Positions 24,956 to 35,449 of a stretch of 64,000 nucleotides of DNA are shown piece by piece. The notes below the pieces were generated by a model. That model saw only the letters and a list, made by a program, of their open reading frames with translations. It was not told where the DNA came from and made no database searches. Source of the stretch: Vicinamibacterales bacterium. GTDB lineage: Bacteria; Acidobacteriota; Vicinamibacteria; Vicinamibacterales; UBA2999. Each line of letters begins with the position of its first letter. Position 1 is the stretch's first letter. The position numbers and the translations under genes are program-made. Location of the stretch: contig JBFWOG010000002.1 of the NCBI GenBank assembly GCA_050250645.1, forward strand, positions 71,691 through 135,690. Direction: 5' to 3'.

Positions 24956-25210
24956 ATGGCCGCGAAGACCGAACTGCAGGGTGTCGTCGTCAGCGACAAG
25001 ATGCAGAAGAGCGTGGTAGTGGCCGTGGTGCGCCGGGTGCAGCACGCGGTCTACGGCAAGACCCAGAAGCGGACCTCGCGGTTCATCGCCCATGACGAGG
25101 CGGACGACGCGAAGGTCGGCGACACGGTCGCGATCTCGGAAACCCGGCCCATGGGGGCGCGCAAGCGCTGGGCCGTCACGCGCATCGTCGAGCGCGCCCC
25201 GCAGGTGTAG
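24956..25210 (+). CDS. rpsQ: 30S ribosomal protein S17
   Basis: [18 protein letters not shown]...; 84 aa in the expected position. Confidence 0.95.
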   Translation: MAAKTELQGVVVSDKMQKSVVVAVVRRVQHAVYGKTQKRTSRFIAHDEADDAKVGDTVAISETRPMGARKRWAVTRIVERAPQV

Positions 25211-25222
25211 GGAGGAGTCGCC

Positions 25223-25591
25223 ATGATCCAGATGCGATCGATCCTCGACGTCGCCGACAACTCGGGGGCCCGGAAGATTTCCGTGATCAACCCGATCGGC
25301 GGCTCGACGGGCCGGTATGCCCGTCTCGGCGACATCATCACGGCGAACGTGAAGGAAGCCACCCCGGACTCGAACGTGAAGAAGGGGCAGGTGGTGAAGG
25401 CCGTCGTCGTCCGCGTGCGCAAGGAACAGCGCCGGAAGGACGGCAGCTACATCCGCTTCGACCGGAACGCCGCGGTGCTCATCAACGACCAGGGCGAGCC
25501 GATCGGGACCCGCGTGTTCGGGCCCGTGGCGCGCGAACTGCGCGAGCGGCGGTTCATGAAGATCGTCTCGCTCGCGCCGGAGGTGCTGTAG
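25223..25591 (+). CDS. rplN: 50S ribosomal protein L14
   Basis: [18 protein letters not shown]...; SD GGGAGGAG. Confidence 0.97.
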   Translation: MIQMRSILDVADNSGARKISVINPIGGSTGRYARLGDIITANVKEATPDSNVKKGQVVKAVVVRVRKEQRRKDGSYIRFDRNAAVLINDQGEPIGTRVFGPVARELRERRFMKIVSLAPEVL

Positions 25592-25595
25592 CACC

Positions 25596-25928
25596 ATGGG
25601 CAAGCTGGCATCCCCGATCCGCAAGAACGACCAGGTGGTGATCCGGGCCGGCAAGGACCGCGGCAAGCAGGGCCGCGTCCTGCGCGTGCTCCCGGCCGTG
25701 AACCGCGTGGTGGTCGAGGGCGTGAACCTCATGAAGCGGCACACGCGCGCGAACCCCCAGAAGAACATCCAGGGCGGGATCGTCGAGCGCGAGGCGCCGA
25801 TTCACGCGAGCAACGTCATGCTGCTCGACCCCGACACCAACGAGCCGACGCGCGTGGGGCACAAGACCCTGCCCGACGGCCGCAAGGTGCGTATCAGCCG
25901 CAAGAGCGGCGCAGTGGTGGACAAGTAA
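25596..25928 (+). CDS. rplX: 50S ribosomal protein L24
   Basis: [21 protein letters not shown]... (KOW motif). Confidence 0.95.
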   Translation: MGKLASPIRKNDQVVIRAGKDRGKQGRVLRVLPAVNRVVVEGVNLMKRHTRANPQKNIQGGIVEREAPIHASNVMLLDPDTNEPTRVGHKTLPDGRKVRISRKSGAVVDK

Positions 25929-26482
25929 TGGCTGCCCAGATGACCCGGTTGCGCGAACGGTACCTCTCGGAGGTCGTCCCGGCCCTGTCGAAGGAGTTCG
26001 GCTACGCCAACGTCATGGCGGTCCCGAAGATCACGAAGGTCGTGGTCAACATGGGGCTCGGCGAGGCGACGCAGAACGCCAAGATCATCGACACCGGCGT
26101 CGACGAGCTCGCCAAGATCACCGGCCAGAAGGCCGCCGTCCGGCGCGCGAAGAAGTCCGTCGCGCAGTTCAAGGTGCGCCAGGGCCAGCCGATCGGCGCC
26201 ATGGTGACGCTGCGCGGCGAGCGGATGTACGAGTTCCTCGACCGGCTGCTCAACATCAGCCTGCCGCGCGTCCGCGACTTCCGCGGCGTCCCGACCAAGG
26301 GCTTCGACGGCCGCGGGAACTACACGCTGGGCCTCCGCGATCAGCTGATCTTCACGGAGATCGACTACCTCAAGGTGGACAAGTCCCGCGGCATGAACAT
26401 CTGCGTGGTGACCACCGCCAAGACCGACGAGGAAGCCCGGAAGCTGCTGCAGCTGCTGGGCATGCCGTTCCGGACCAATTAG
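25928..26482 (+). CDS. rplE: 50S ribosomal protein L5
   Basis: TAATG junction with rplX; ...VVNMGLGEA...[15 protein letters not shown]... Confidence 0.96.
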   Translation: MAAQMTRLRERYLSEVVPALSKEFGYANVMAVPKITKVVVNMGLGEATQNAKIIDTGVDELAKITGQKAAVRRAKKSVAQFKVRQGQPIGAMVTLRGERMYEFLDRLLNISLPRVRDFRGVPTKGFDGRGNYTLGLRDQLIFTEIDYLKVDKSRGMNICVVTTAKTDEEARKLLQLLGMPFRTN

Positions 26483-26493
26483 GAGATCGACGC

Positions 26494-26679
26494 GTGGCTA
26501 CGACCGCCAAGAAGGCCCGTGAGGCCAAGCCGCTGAAGTTCAAGGTGCGCCACCGCAACCGCTGCCGCCGCTGCGGCCGGCCGCGCGCCTACCTCCGCAA
26601 GTTCGCCCTCTGCCGTCTGTGCTTCCGCGAGCTGGCGCTCAAGGGCGACGTGGCCGGAGTGACCAAGAGCAGCTGGTAG
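26494..26679 (+). CDS. rpsN: 30S ribosomal protein S14, short zinc-binding (type Z) form
   Basis: 61 aa; CRRCGRP...CRLCFRE (CxxC..CxxC); ends KSSW; GTG start after AGGAG. Confidence 0.94.
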   Translation: MATTAKKAREAKPLKFKVRHRNRCRRCGRPRAYLRKFALCRLCFRELALKGDVAGVTKSSW

Positions 26680-26726
26680 GCCGCGGGCCGAGAGCACTGA
26701 AGGGCTGAGAGCCAAGAGCAGAAGCT

Positions 26727-27140
26727 ATGACTGATCCGATTGCTGACATGCTGACGCGGATCCGCAACGCGGTGACCTCCCGGCACGCGCGCGTGGACAT
26801 GCCCGCGTCGAAGCTGAAGACCGAGGTCGCCCGCATCCTCCAGGATGAGGGGTACATCGGCGGCTTCAAGATGGTCGAGGAGGCGTCCGAGCGGCCGAAC
26901 CGCTCGCCGCGCCAGGTCATCCGCGTGTTCCTGAAGTACGGCCCCGGCGGCGAACGGGTGATCTCCGGCATCGAGCGGGTGAGCCGCCCGGGCCGGCGCG
27001 TCTACGCCGGCCGCGACGAGGTGCCGACGGTGCTCGGCGGGCTCGGCGTCAACATCCTGACGACCTCCCGCGGCGTCATGACCGGCCGAGCCGCCCAGCG
27101 CCTCGGCGTGGGCGGCGAAGTCCTCTGCAACGTGTGGTGA
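26727..27140 (+). CDS. rpsH: 30S ribosomal protein S8
   Basis: [15 protein letters not shown]... Confidence 0.96.
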   Translation: MTDPIADMLTRIRNAVTSRHARVDMPASKLKTEVARILQDEGYIGGFKMVEEASERPNRSPRQVIRVFLKYGPGGERVISGIERVSRPGRRVYAGRDEVPTVLGGLGVNILTTSRGVMTGRAAQRLGVGGEVLCNVW

Positions 27141-27144
27141 CGAG

Positions 27145-27681
27145 ATGTCTCGCATAGGTAAGAAGCCGATTCAGATCCCGAAGGGCGTCACCGTCACGGT
27201 GGACGGCGCCGCCGTCGAGGTCAAGGGGCCGAAAGGCCAGCTCCGCCAGCCGCTGCCGCCCGGCGTGACGGCCGCCGTCGAGGACGGCGTCCTGGTCACC
27301 CGCAAGGCGCGCGACGAGCGGGCGCTCGACAAGTTCCACGGCCTGGCGCGGAGCCTCGTCGCCAACGCGGTGACCGGCGTGACGGAGGGCTTCAAGAAGG
27401 AGCTCGACATCGTCGGCGTCGGCTACCGCGCCGAGCTCAAGGGGCAGCAGGTGATCCTGGCGCTCGGCTACTCGCACCCGGTGGTGTTCGACGTCCCGAA
27501 GGGGATCGACGTGGCCATCGAGAAGCAGACGCACCTCACGGTGACCGGCATCGATCGCCAGCTGGTCGGCCAGGTGGCCGCGAACCTGCGCCGGCTGCGC
27601 AAGCCCGATCCGTATCAGCAGAAGGGCGTGCGCTACACGGGCGAGGTCCTGAAGAAGAAGGCCGGCAAGACGGGCGCCTAA
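27145..27681 (+). CDS. rplF: 50S ribosomal protein L6
   Basis: [17 protein letters not shown]... Confidence 0.96.
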   Translation: MSRIGKKPIQIPKGVTVTVDGAAVEVKGPKGQLRQPLPPGVTAAVEDGVLVTRKARDERALDKFHGLARSLVANAVTGVTEGFKKELDIVGVGYRAELKGQQVILALGYSHPVVFDVPKGIDVAIEKQTHLTVTGIDRQLVGQVAANLRRLRKPDPYQQKGVRYTGEVLKKKAGKTGA

Positions 27682-27714
27682 CGGCCGCGGGCTGCAGGTG
27701 GTGAGGACGGGGAT

Positions 27715-28089
27715 ATGAGGATCAAGACGAAGGAAGATCGCCGCGACCGGATTCGGTTCCGGATCCGGAAGAAGGTCCGGGGCACGGCGGAGCGGCCGCG
27801 CCTGAGCGTCTTCCGCAGCGTGGCGCACATCTACGTGCAGGTGATCGACGACATGGCGGGCCGGACGCTGGCCTCCGCGTCGAGCGTCGAGCCGGCGCTC
27901 AAGGGCGAGATGACCGGCGAGGCCCGGGGCGGCAACCGCAAGGGCGCCGAGCTCGTCGGCAAGACGATTGCCGAGCGCCTCAAGGACAAGGGCGTCACCC
28001 GCGTCGTGTTCGACAGAAACGGCTTTCTCTACCACGGGCGCGTGCGGGCCGTCGCCGAGGCGGCGCGGTCGGCCGGCCTGGAGTTCTGA
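27715..28089 (+). CDS. rplR: 50S ribosomal protein L18
   Basis: ...[20 protein letters not shown]...[12 protein letters not shown]... Confidence 0.96.
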   Translation: MRIKTKEDRRDRIRFRIRKKVRGTAERPRLSVFRSVAHIYVQVIDDMAGRTLASASSVEPALKGEMTGEARGGNRKGAELVGKTIAERLKDKGVTRVVFDRNGFLYHGRVRAVAEAARSAGLEF

Positions 28090-28091
28090 GT

Positions 28092-28625
28092 ATGAATCGG
28101 ACCCGCGAGAAGATCGACGCGTCGCAGCTCGACATCAAGGACACGGTCGTCGCGATCAACCGTGTGACGAAGGTCGTCAAGGGCGGCAAGAACCTCAGCT
28201 TCAGTGCCCTCGTCGTCGTCGGGGACGGCCACGGGGTGGTGGGCTACGGCGTCGGCAAGGCAAAGGAAGTGCCCTCGGCCATCAAGAAGGGCATCGAGGC
28301 CGCGAAGAAGGCCCTGATCCGGGTGCCGATCGCCGGCACGACGATCCCGCACCCCGTGCTCGGGCGCTTCGGCGCCGGCCGGGTCCTGCTGAAGCCGGCG
28401 CCCGACGGCACCGGCATCATCGCGGGCGCGGCCGTCCGCGCGGTGGTCGAGTCGGCCGGTGTCACCAACGTGATGACCAAGTCGCTCGGCAGCGCCAACC
28501 CGCAGAACGTCGTGCGGGCGGCGTTCACCGCGCTCGCCGAGCTGAAGAATCCCGCCGACATCGCGCGGCTGCGCGGCAAGGACGTCGAGGAGCTGTCGGG
28601 CACGCTCCCGGCGGCCACGGCGTAG
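28092..28625 (+). CDS. rpsE: 30S ribosomal protein S5
   Basis: ...[35 protein letters not shown]... Confidence 0.96.
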   Translation: MNRTREKIDASQLDIKDTVVAINRVTKVVKGGKNLSFSALVVVGDGHGVVGYGVGKAKEVPSAIKKGIEAAKKALIRVPIAGTTIPHPVLGRFGAGRVLLKPAPDGTGIIAGAAVRAVVESAGVTNVMTKSLGSANPQNVVRAAFTALAELKNPADIARLRGKDVEELSGTLPAATA

Positions 28626-28638
28626 GCGGAGGACGGCC

Positions 28639-28827
28639 ATGGCTGAGCAGGGCAAGACGCTGAAGGTGACCCTGGTCCGGAGCCCGATCGGGTTCAACCG
28701 GAACCAGGCGGCGGTGGTCGAGAGCCTCGGGCTCCGGCGGATTCGCCACTCCGTGGAGGTCCGGGACACGCCCGAGACCCGCGGGATGATTCACAAGGTC
28801 CGCCACCTGGTGACGGTGGCGGAGTAA
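28639..28827 (+). CDS. rpmD: 50S ribosomal protein L30
   Basis: 62 aa; [11 protein letters not shown]...; SD GGAGGA. Confidence 0.93.
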   Translation: MAEQGKTLKVTLVRSPIGFNRNQAAVVESLGLRRIRHSVEVRDTPETRGMIHKVRHLVTVAE

Positions 28828-28881
28828 ACGCGAGTGGCCGGCGGCGACGCCTCCGGCCGCGTTGAGCGAGACGAGCGCATC

Positions 28882-29328
28882 ATGGATCTGAGCAAGCTGA
28901 AGCCGGCAGACGGCTCGAAGCACCCGAAGAAGCGCGTCGGCCGCGGCCCGGGGTCGGGCAACGGCAAGACCGCCGGGCGCGGCAACAAGGGCGCGCAGTC
29001 GCGGTCGGGCTATTCGTTCAAGCGGGGGTTCGAGGGCGGCCAGATGCCGCTGCACCGCCGCCTGCCGAAGCGCGGCTTCACGAACATCTTCCGGGTCGAG
29101 TACGCGGTGGTCAACCTCGACCAGCTCGAAGCCCGCTTCGAGGCCGGCACGACCGTCACGCCCGACGCGCTCCGCGCGGCGGGGCTGGTGAGCGGCAAGC
29201 GGACGCCGGTGAAGGTGCTCGGCCGGGGCGACCTCACGAAGGCGCTGACGGTGCAGGCGCACCGCTTCAGCGGCAAGGCGGCCGAGAAGCTGGCCGCTGC
29301 CGGGGGCACGGCCGAGGCCATCAGCTAG
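28882..29328 (+). CDS. rplO: 50S ribosomal protein L15
   Basis: [34 protein letters not shown]...; start moved from the ORF-track 28834 to the ATG at 28882. Confidence 0.94.
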   Translation: MDLSKLKPADGSKHPKKRVGRGPGSGNGKTAGRGNKGAQSRSGYSFKRGFEGGQMPLHRRLPKRGFTNIFRVEYAVVNLDQLEARFEAGTTVTPDALRAAGLVSGKRTPVKVLGRGDLTKALTVQAHRFSGKAAEKLAAAGGTAEAIS

Positions 29329-29344
29329 CCGGGGATACGTCACC

Positions 29345-30733
29345 GTGGTCGAAACGCTCAAGAACCTGTTTGCCGTCGCGGACCTGCGAAACCGGGTGTT
29401 GTTCACGCTCGGGCTGCTTGCCGTGTACCGGATCGGCAACCACATCCCGACGCCCGGCGTGAACTCGGACGCCCTCGCGATCCTGGCCGAGCAGACCCGG
29501 AACACGATGTTCGGGCTGTACGACATGTTCACGGGCGGCAGCCTGTCCCGGATCACGATCTTCGCGCTGGGCGTGATGCCCTACATCAGCGCGTCGATCA
29601 TCCTGCAGCTGCTGGCGGTGGTGTGGCCGTACCTCGAGCGGCTCTCCAAGGAAGGGGAGCTCGGCCGCCGGAAGATCACGCAGTACACCCGGTACCTGAC
29701 CCTGGCGCTGTCGGCGGTCCAGTCGCTGGGCATCGCGATCTACCTCGAGCGCCAGACCGAGATCGCCGGCGGCCTCCCGCTCGTGTACGACCCGGGCTGG
29801 GGCTTCCGCCTCATGTGCGTGCTGACCCTGACGACGGGCAGCATGTTCATCATGTGGCTCGGCGAGCAGATCACCGAGCGCGGCATCGGCAACGGGATGT
29901 CGCTCATCATCTTCGCGGGCATCGTCGTGGGTTTCCCGCGGGCGCTGTTCCAGACGTTCGCGCTCATGCAGACCGGCCAGATCAGCCTGCTCCGCATGCT
30001 GATCCTCGGCCTCCTGATGGTCGGGGTCGTCGCGGCGATCATCTACGTGGAACGCGGGCACCGGCGGGTGACGGTGCAATACGCGAAACGCGTCGTCGGG
30101 CGCCGGCAGTACGGCGGCACGAGCACCCATATCCCGATCAAGGTCAACACCGGCGGCGTGATGCCGGTGATCTTCGCGAGCTCGCTCCTCGCCTTCCCGG
30201 CCACCCTCGCGGGGGTGTTCCAGGCGGGCGGCTGGGGCGACGCCGTGGTCCGCCAGCTCTCGTACGGCATGCCGCTCTACGTGCTGCTCTACGTGCTGCT
30301 CATCATCTTCTTCGCGTACTTCTACACGGCCATCATCTTCAACCCGGATGACGTCGCCGAGAACATGCGGAAGTACGGCGGGTTCATCCCGGGCATCCGG
30401 CCGGGCAAGCGCACGGCGGAGTACATCGACACGATCCTGGCGCGCGTCACGCTCGCCGGCGCGTTCTACCTCGCGGCCGTCGCGATCCTGCCGGAGTTCC
30501 TGATCGGCGGCTTCAAGGTGCAGTTCCTGCCGTTCATCGGCGAGAACCTGGCCGCGGCGCTGCCGCTCTGGTTCACGGACGGCCTCGGCGTGCCCTTCTA
30601 CTTCGGCGGCACCTCGCTGCTGATCGTCGTGGGCGTGGCGATGGACACCGTCAACCAGATCGAGTCGCAGCTCATCATGCGGCACTACGACGGGTTCATG
30701 AAGAAGACGCGCATCCGCGGGCGGCGGGGGTAA
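29345..30733 (+). CDS. secY: Preprotein translocase subunit SecY
   Basis: 462 aa, 10 TM pattern; ...LFALGVMPYISASIILQLL...; GTG start. Confidence 0.96.
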   Translation: MVETLKNLFAVADLRNRVLFTLGLLAVYRIGNHIPTPGVNSDALAILAEQTRNTMFGLYDMFTGGSLSRITIFALGVMPYISASIILQLLAVVWPYLERLSKEGELGRRKITQYTRYLTLALSAVQSLGIAIYLERQTEIAGGLPLVYDPGWGFRLMCVLTLTTGSMFIMWLGEQITERGIGNGMSLIIFAGIVVGFPRALFQTFALMQTGQISLLRMLILGLLMVGVVAAIIYVERGHRRVTVQYAKRVVGRRQYGGTSTHIPIKVNTGGVMPVIFASSLLAFPATLAGVFQAGGWGDAVVRQLSYGMPLYVLLYVLLIIFFAYFYTAIIFNPDDVAENMRKYGGFIPGIRPGKRTAEYIDTILARVTLAGAFYLAAVAILPEFLIGGFKVQFLPFIGENLAAALPLWFTDGLGVPFYFGGTSLLIVVGVAMDTVNQIESQLIMRHYDGFMKKTRIRGRRG

Positions 30734-31438
30734 GTGGGGCTGCACCTCGTGATGATGGGCCCCCCCGGCGCGGGCAAGGGCACGCAGGCGGAGCGGTTCG
30801 CGCGGGAGCACGGGATCCCCCGGATCTCGACCGGCGACATCCTGCGGGACGCCGTCAGCGCGGGCAGCGAGCTCGGGCGCGCGGTGACGGCGCACCTCGA
30901 CCGTGGCGAGCTGGTGAGCGACGAGCTCATCATCGGGATCGTCCGCGAGCGGCTCGGGCGCGAGGACGCGGCCGCCGGCTGGGTGCTCGACGGGTTTCCC
31001 CGGACCGTCCCGCAGGCGCGGGCGCTCGACGAGATGCTCGACGGGCAGGCGCCGCTGGTGGTGGTCGAAATCCAGGTCCCGGACGAGGAGCTGGTGCGCC
31101 GGGTGCGCGCGCGCCGGATCTGCGCGGACTGCGGGACCACGGTGTCGGCGTTCTCGTCGGATCCGGCGAAGGTCGAGCGCTGCCAGAAGTGCGGCGGCCG
31201 CCTCGTCCCGCGGTCCGACGACACGGAGGCGGTCGTGCGGGACCGCCTGAAGGTCTACTGGCGGGACACGCGGCCGATGATCGCGTACTACCACGAGCGC
31301 CCGACCTACCGGGCGGTCAACGGCGCCCAGGCGCCGGAGCAGGTGCGCGACGCGCTCGTCAGCGCGGTGGCCTCCGCCGTCGGGCGGACGCCGGACCAGC
31401 TGCCCGTCGGAGGTGGATCGCCGGAGTCGGGATCGTGA
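30734..31438 (+). CDS. adk: Adenylate kinase with a zinc-lid and a C-terminal extension
   Basis: MMGPPGAGKGTQ P-loop; lid CADCG...CQKCGG. Start is ambiguous between GTG 30734 and ATG 30752. Confidence 0.92.
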   Translation: MGLHLVMMGPPGAGKGTQAERFAREHGIPRISTGDILRDAVSAGSELGRAVTAHLDRGELVSDELIIGIVRERLGREDAAAGWVLDGFPRTVPQARALDEMLDGQAPLVVVEIQVPDEELVRRVRARRICADCGTTVSAFSSDPAKVERCQKCGGRLVPRSDDTEAVVRDRLKVYWRDTRPMIAYYHERPTYRAVNGAQAPEQVRDALVSAVASAVGRTPDQLPVGGGSPESGS

Positions 31439-32205
31439 TCGTCTGCCGGTCGGCCGAGGAGATCGATCGGCTGGCGCGGGTGAACCAGCTCGTCGCGCTG
31501 GTGCTGGCCGAGCTGAAGGCGATGGTCGCGCCGGGCGTGACGACCGCCGAGGTGGACCAGCTGGCGGAGCGGCGGCTGCGGGAGGCGGGCGCGGAGCCGG
31601 CCTTCAAGGGCTACCACGGCTTCCCGGCCACGATCTGCGCGTCGGTGAACGAGCAGGTGGTGCACGGGATCCCGTCGGACCGGGTCCTGGTCGAGGGGGA
31701 CATCCTCTCGGTGGACCTGGGCGCGAAGCTGGAGGGGTACTACGGCGACTCGGCGGTCACGGTGCCGGTGGGCGCGGTGGCCCCGGAGACGACCCGGCTG
31801 CTGGCGGTGACGGCGGCGTCCCTCCGGAAGGGGATCGCGGCGGTCCGCGCCGGCGGGCGGGTGTCGGACATCGGCGCGGCGGTGCAGGCCCACGTGGAGG
31901 CCGAGGGCTTCTCGGTGGTCCGCGAGTTCGTGGGGCACGGCATCGGCACGAGCCTGCACGAGGAGCCGCAGATCCCGAACTACGGGACGGCGGGCCGCGG
32001 GCCGCGCCTGGCGGAGGGCATGGTGCTCGCGATCGAGCCCATGGTGAACGCCGGGAAGCCCGGGGTGAAGGTGCTCGGCGACGGGTGGACGGCGGTGACG
32101 AAGGACGGGTCGCTGTCGGCGCACTTCGAGCACACGGTGGTCGTCACCGCGGACGGCTGCCGGGTGCTGACGGCCGCGCCGGAGACGGCGCCCGCGGCGG
32201 GCTAG
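31435..32205 (+). CDS. map: Type I methionine aminopeptidase
   Basis: GTGA overlap with the adk stop; ...FKGYHGFPATICASVNEQVVHGIP...HFEHTVVVT... Confidence 0.93.
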   Translation: MIVCRSAEEIDRLARVNQLVALVLAELKAMVAPGVTTAEVDQLAERRLREAGAEPAFKGYHGFPATICASVNEQVVHGIPSDRVLVEGDILSVDLGAKLEGYYGDSAVTVPVGAVAPETTRLLAVTAASLRKGIAAVRAGGRVSDIGAAVQAHVEAEGFSVVREFVGHGIGTSLHEEPQIPNYGTAGRGPRLAEGMVLAIEPMVNAGKPGVKVLGDGWTAVTKDGSLSAHFEHTVVVTADGCRVLTAAPETAPAAG

Positions 32206-32208
32206 GCG

Positions 32209-32439
32209 ATGGACGACGGGTCCGGCGGCCGGGCGGCGCTCGAGGCCGACGGCGTGGTGCTGGAGCTGCTGCCGAGCCAGCTCGTGCGGGTGGAACTGGA
32301 CGGGCCGCACGTCGTGACCGCGCACCTGGGCGACCCGGTGCACCGGAACTTCGTGCGGGTGCTGGTGGGCGACCGGGTCCGCGTGGCGCTGATGCCGGCG
32401 GATCGGACGCGCGGGCGGATAGTCGGCAAGCTTGGATGA
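32209..32439 (+). CDS. infA: Translation initiation factor IF-1, unusually divergent
   Basis: 76 aa in the canonical map-infA-rpmJ position. S1-fold core G.VLELLP...RVEL...HVVTAH...R.L.GD.V.V...GRIV, but the basic GKMRK-type loop reads GDPVHRN. Confidence 0.8.
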   Translation: MDDGSGGRAALEADGVVLELLPSQLVRVELDGPHVVTAHLGDPVHRNFVRVLVGDRVRVALMPADRTRGRIVGKLG

Positions 32440-32478
32440 ATCCGGGGCGCGCGGCGGCCCGAAAGCGGAGCGAGCGTT

Positions 32479-32592
32479 ATGAAGGTCAGAGCATCGGTCA
32501 AGCGGATTTGCGACAAGTGCAAGATCGTGCGTCGCCGCGGGGTGGTCCGGGTGATCTGCACGAACCAGAAGCACAAGCAGCGGCAGGGGTAA
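32479..32592 (+). CDS. rpmJ: 50S ribosomal protein L36
   Basis: Absent from the ORF track (37 aa): [37 protein letters not shown], with a CxxC...C..H zinc ribbon. Confidence 0.95.
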   Translation: MKVRASVKRICDKCKIVRRRGVVRVICTNQKHKQRQG

Positions 32593-32593
32593 A

Positions 32594-32642
32594 TCGGATC
32601 TCAGAACTCAGATCTCAGATTGCAGATTGCAGATCTGAGGAT
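32594..32642. repeat. Period-7 tandem repeat (TCAGAAC TCAGATC TCAGATT GCAGATT GCAGATC TGAGGAT) with palindromic arms
   Basis: Begins immediately after the rpmJ stop. CTCAGATCT (32607-32615) pairs with AGATCTGAG (32631-32639). Contains three GATC sites. Same unit family as 36062-36089 and 15061-15095. Confidence 0.8.
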
Positions 32643-32720
32643 GGGGTCCGGAGCGTGAATGGCGCGGCGCGTGGCGACACGGCTGCGGTCTGATTCCCGA
32701 GCGAGCGAAGCGAGCGACAT

Positions 32721-33095
32721 ATGGCACGAATCTCCGGCGTCGATCTCCCGCGCAACAAGCGGGTCGAGATCGGCCTGACCTACATCTACGGCATCGGGCG
32801 GTTCCGCTCGAACCAGATCCTCGAGTCGGCTGGCGTCAGCGGCGACATCCGGGTCAAGGACCTGAGCGACGACGACGTGCGCAAGATCAGCCGCGTCATC
32901 GAGGAGCAGGGTGGCGTCGAGGGCGACCTCCGCAAGGAGATCTCGATGAACATCAAGCGCCTCATGGAGGTCGGCAGCTACCGGGGCAGCCGGCACCGGC
33001 GCAACCTGCCGGCGCGCGGCCAGCGGACGCGGACGAACGCGCGGACGCGCAAGGGGCCGCGCCGGGGCGCGGTGGCCAAGAAGAAGACGGTATAA
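32721..33095 (+). CDS. rpsM: 30S ribosomal protein S13
   Basis: [26 protein letters not shown]... Confidence 0.96.
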   Translation: MARISGVDLPRNKRVEIGLTYIYGIGRFRSNQILESAGVSGDIRVKDLSDDDVRKISRVIEEQGGVEGDLRKEISMNIKRLMEVGSYRGSRHRRNLPARGQRTRTNARTRKGPRRGAVAKKKTV

Positions 33096-33098
33096 CCC

Positions 33099-33521
33099 AT
33101 GGCGAAGAGCGAAGCGAGCGGCAAGGACTCGGGCAAGAAGAAGAAGGCCTTCAAGAAGCGTGGCGAGAAGCGCGTGGTGCACCACGGCTACGTCCACATC
33201 CAGGCCTCGTTCAACAACACGCTGGTGACGATCACCGACACCGAAGGCAACGTGGTGGCGTGGTCGAGCGCGGGCGCGATTGGCTTCAAGGGTTCGCGCA
33301 AGGGGACGCCGTTCGCCGCGACGCAGGCCGCCATGAACGCCACCAACGCCGCCAAGGCGTTCGGGATGCGCTCGTGCGAGGTCCTCGTCAAGGGGCCCGG
33401 GTCCGGCCGCGAGTCGGCGATCCGCGCCCTGTCCACCGCCGGGCTCGACGTGAAGTCGATCCGCGACGTGACCCCGATTCCGCACAACGGCTGCCGGCCG
33501 CCGAAGCGTCGCCGGGTATAG
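33099..33521 (+). CDS. rpsK: 30S ribosomal protein S11
   Basis: ...[21 protein letters not shown]...[18 protein letters not shown]. Confidence 0.96.
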   Translation: MAKSEASGKDSGKKKKAFKKRGEKRVVHHGYVHIQASFNNTLVTITDTEGNVVAWSSAGAIGFKGSRKGTPFAATQAAMNATNAAKAFGMRSCEVLVKGPGSGRESAIRALSTAGLDVKSIRDVTPIPHNGCRPPKRRRV

Positions 33522-33659
33522 GGAACCCGTAGCACGGCGCCACGCGCCAGGCCAGGAGGCCGGGGCGCGGGCGGGCCGTGCCAGCGGGGCGACCCCGCGG
33601 ACGGACGCCGGCCCATGCCGGGCGCCCGTTTCAGGACCGATAGTCAAGGACAACGTGAC

Positions 33660-34286
33660 ATGGCTCGATACACCGGACCCGTTTGCCGCCTCTGCCGCCG
33701 CGAGGGCATGAAGCTGTTCCTCAAGGGCGAGCGCTGCTACACCGAGAAGTGCGCGATCGAGAAGCGCAACACGCCGCCCGGCCAGCACGGCCGCGCGCGC
33801 AAGCAGAAGATGGCGGGCTACGGCATCCAGCTTCGCGAGAAGCAGAAGGTCAAGCGCATCTACGGGGTGCTCGAGGACCAGTTCCGCCGCTACTTCGAGA
33901 CCGCCGATCGCACGCGCGGGATCACGGGCGTGACGCTGCTCCAGCTCCTCGAGCGGCGCCTCGACAACGCCGTCTACCGCCTCGGCTTCGCGACCTCGCG
34001 CGCCCAGGCCCGGCAGCTCGTCCGCCACGGCCACTTCCTCGTCAACGGGAAGAAGGTCGACATCCCGTCCTACTCGCTCAAGCAGGGCGACGTGGTGGCG
34101 GTCCGGCAGACGAGCCACAAGAACCAGTCGATCCTCCACGCGATGGAGGAGGTCAAGGGCCGCGGGATCCCCGAGTGGCTCGCGCTCGAGGCCGAGATGG
34201 CCGGCAAGGTCCTCTCGATGCCCACGCGCGAGCAGATCAACCTGCCGGTCCAGGAACAGCTCATCGTCGAGCTCTACAGCAAGTAG
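33660..34286 (+). CDS. rpsD: 30S ribosomal protein S4
   Basis: [26 protein letters not shown]...; start moved to the ATG at 33660. Confidence 0.95.
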   Translation: MARYTGPVCRLCRREGMKLFLKGERCYTEKCAIEKRNTPPGQHGRARKQKMAGYGIQLREKQKVKRIYGVLEDQFRRYFETADRTRGITGVTLLQLLERRLDNAVYRLGFATSRAQARQLVRHGHFLVNGKKVDIPSYSLKQGDVVAVRQTSHKNQSILHAMEEVKGRGIPEWLALEAEMAGKVLSMPTREQINLPVQEQLIVELYSK

Positions 34287-34290
34287 GCGC

Positions 34291-34311
34291 GCGCGGGGCC
34301 CGTCCCCGCGC
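34291..34311 (+). promoter_or_regulatory. Stable GC hairpin directly after the rpsD stop (attenuator or RNA-stability element candidate)
   Basis: GCGCGGGG-cccgt-CCCCGCGC, an 8-bp perfect stem with no U-tract. Followed by a second stem, CAGACCTGC (34378-34386) with GCAGGTCTG (34412-34420). Confidence 0.4.
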
Positions 34312-34461
34312 CGTCCCGTCGTGCGGGGCCGGGGGCATCCCCTCCCGGTCCCGGCCAGTCGCCGGCCCGCAGCCCTTCAGACCTGCGGTGGGAGGCCGGC
34401 GGCCGTTACCTGCAGGTCTGGAGGCCGGGCTGCCGGCCCGTAGGCGAAAGGACAGATACCG

Positions 34462-35445
34462 ATGCTCTGGAAAGGCTTTCAGCGCCCCAAGCGGCTCGAC
34501 CTCGAGCGCGAGACCCTCACCGACCGGTTCGGGCGCTGCTACGCGCAGCCGTTCGAGCGCGGCTTCGGGACGACGATCGGCAACGCCCTCCGGCGCGTGC
34601 TGCTCTCGTCGATCGAGGGCGCGGCGATCACGGCGGTCAAGATCGACGGGGTGCTGCACGAGTTCTCGCCGATCCCCGGCGTGGTCGAGGACGCGACCGA
34701 CATCATCCTCAACCTGAAGCAGATCCCGCTCAAGTGCCACGTCGACTACACCAAGACGCTGTACCTGCGGGTCGACAAGGCCGGTGAGGTCCGCGCGCGC
34801 GACATCGAGGTGGACCAGGACGTCGAGATCCTCGAGCCCGACACCCACATCGCGACGATCGCCGAGGGCGGCAAGCTCCACATGGAGCTCCGCATCAAGC
34901 GCGGCCGCGGCTACGTGTCCGCCGACAAGAACTTCGACGAGGACCTCGGCATCGGCTGGATCCCGATCGACTCGGTCCACTCGCCGGTCAAGAAGGTGAA
35001 CTACCTCGTCGAGGCGGCGCGCCTCGGCCAGACGACCGACTACGAGAAGCTGACGCTCGACGTCTGGACCAACGGCTCGGTCACGCCGCGTGACGCGGTG
35101 TCGCTCGCGGCGAAGCTGGTGCGCGACCACCTGAACATCTTCATCAACCTGGACGAGGCCGACGACCAGCCCGTCGACCCGGCGGCGGAGCCGGCGCGCG
35201 CCGGCGTCGCCAACGAGCACCTCGACAAGAGCGTCGAGGAACTCGAGCTCTCCGTCCGCTCCTACAACTGCCTGAAGAACGCCAACATCCGGACCATCCG
35301 CGAGCTCGTCCAGAAGACGGAAGCCGAGATGCTGAAGACCAAGAACTTCGGGCGGAAGTCGCTCAACGAGATCAAGGAGATCCTCGCGTCGATGGGCCTG
35401 GGGCTCGGCATGAAGCTCGACCAGCCCGCCGCCGCGCAGGAGTAA
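34462..35445 (+). CDS. rpoA: DNA-directed RNA polymerase alpha subunit
   Basis: 327 aa; ...[28 protein letters not shown]...; C-terminal domain [16 protein letters not shown]. Confidence 0.97.
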   Translation: MLWKGFQRPKRLDLERETLTDRFGRCYAQPFERGFGTTIGNALRRVLLSSIEGAAITAVKIDGVLHEFSPIPGVVEDATDIILNLKQIPLKCHVDYTKTLYLRVDKAGEVRARDIEVDQDVEILEPDTHIATIAEGGKLHMELRIKRGRGYVSADKNFDEDLGIGWIPIDSVHSPVKKVNYLVEAARLGQTTDYEKLTLDVWTNGSVTPRDAVSLAAKLVRDHLNIFINLDEADDQPVDPAAEPARAGVANEHLDKSVEELELSVRSYNCLKNANIRTIRELVQKTEAEMLKTKNFGRKSLNEIKEILASMGLGLGMKLDQPAAAQE

Positions 35446-35449
35446 CGAC

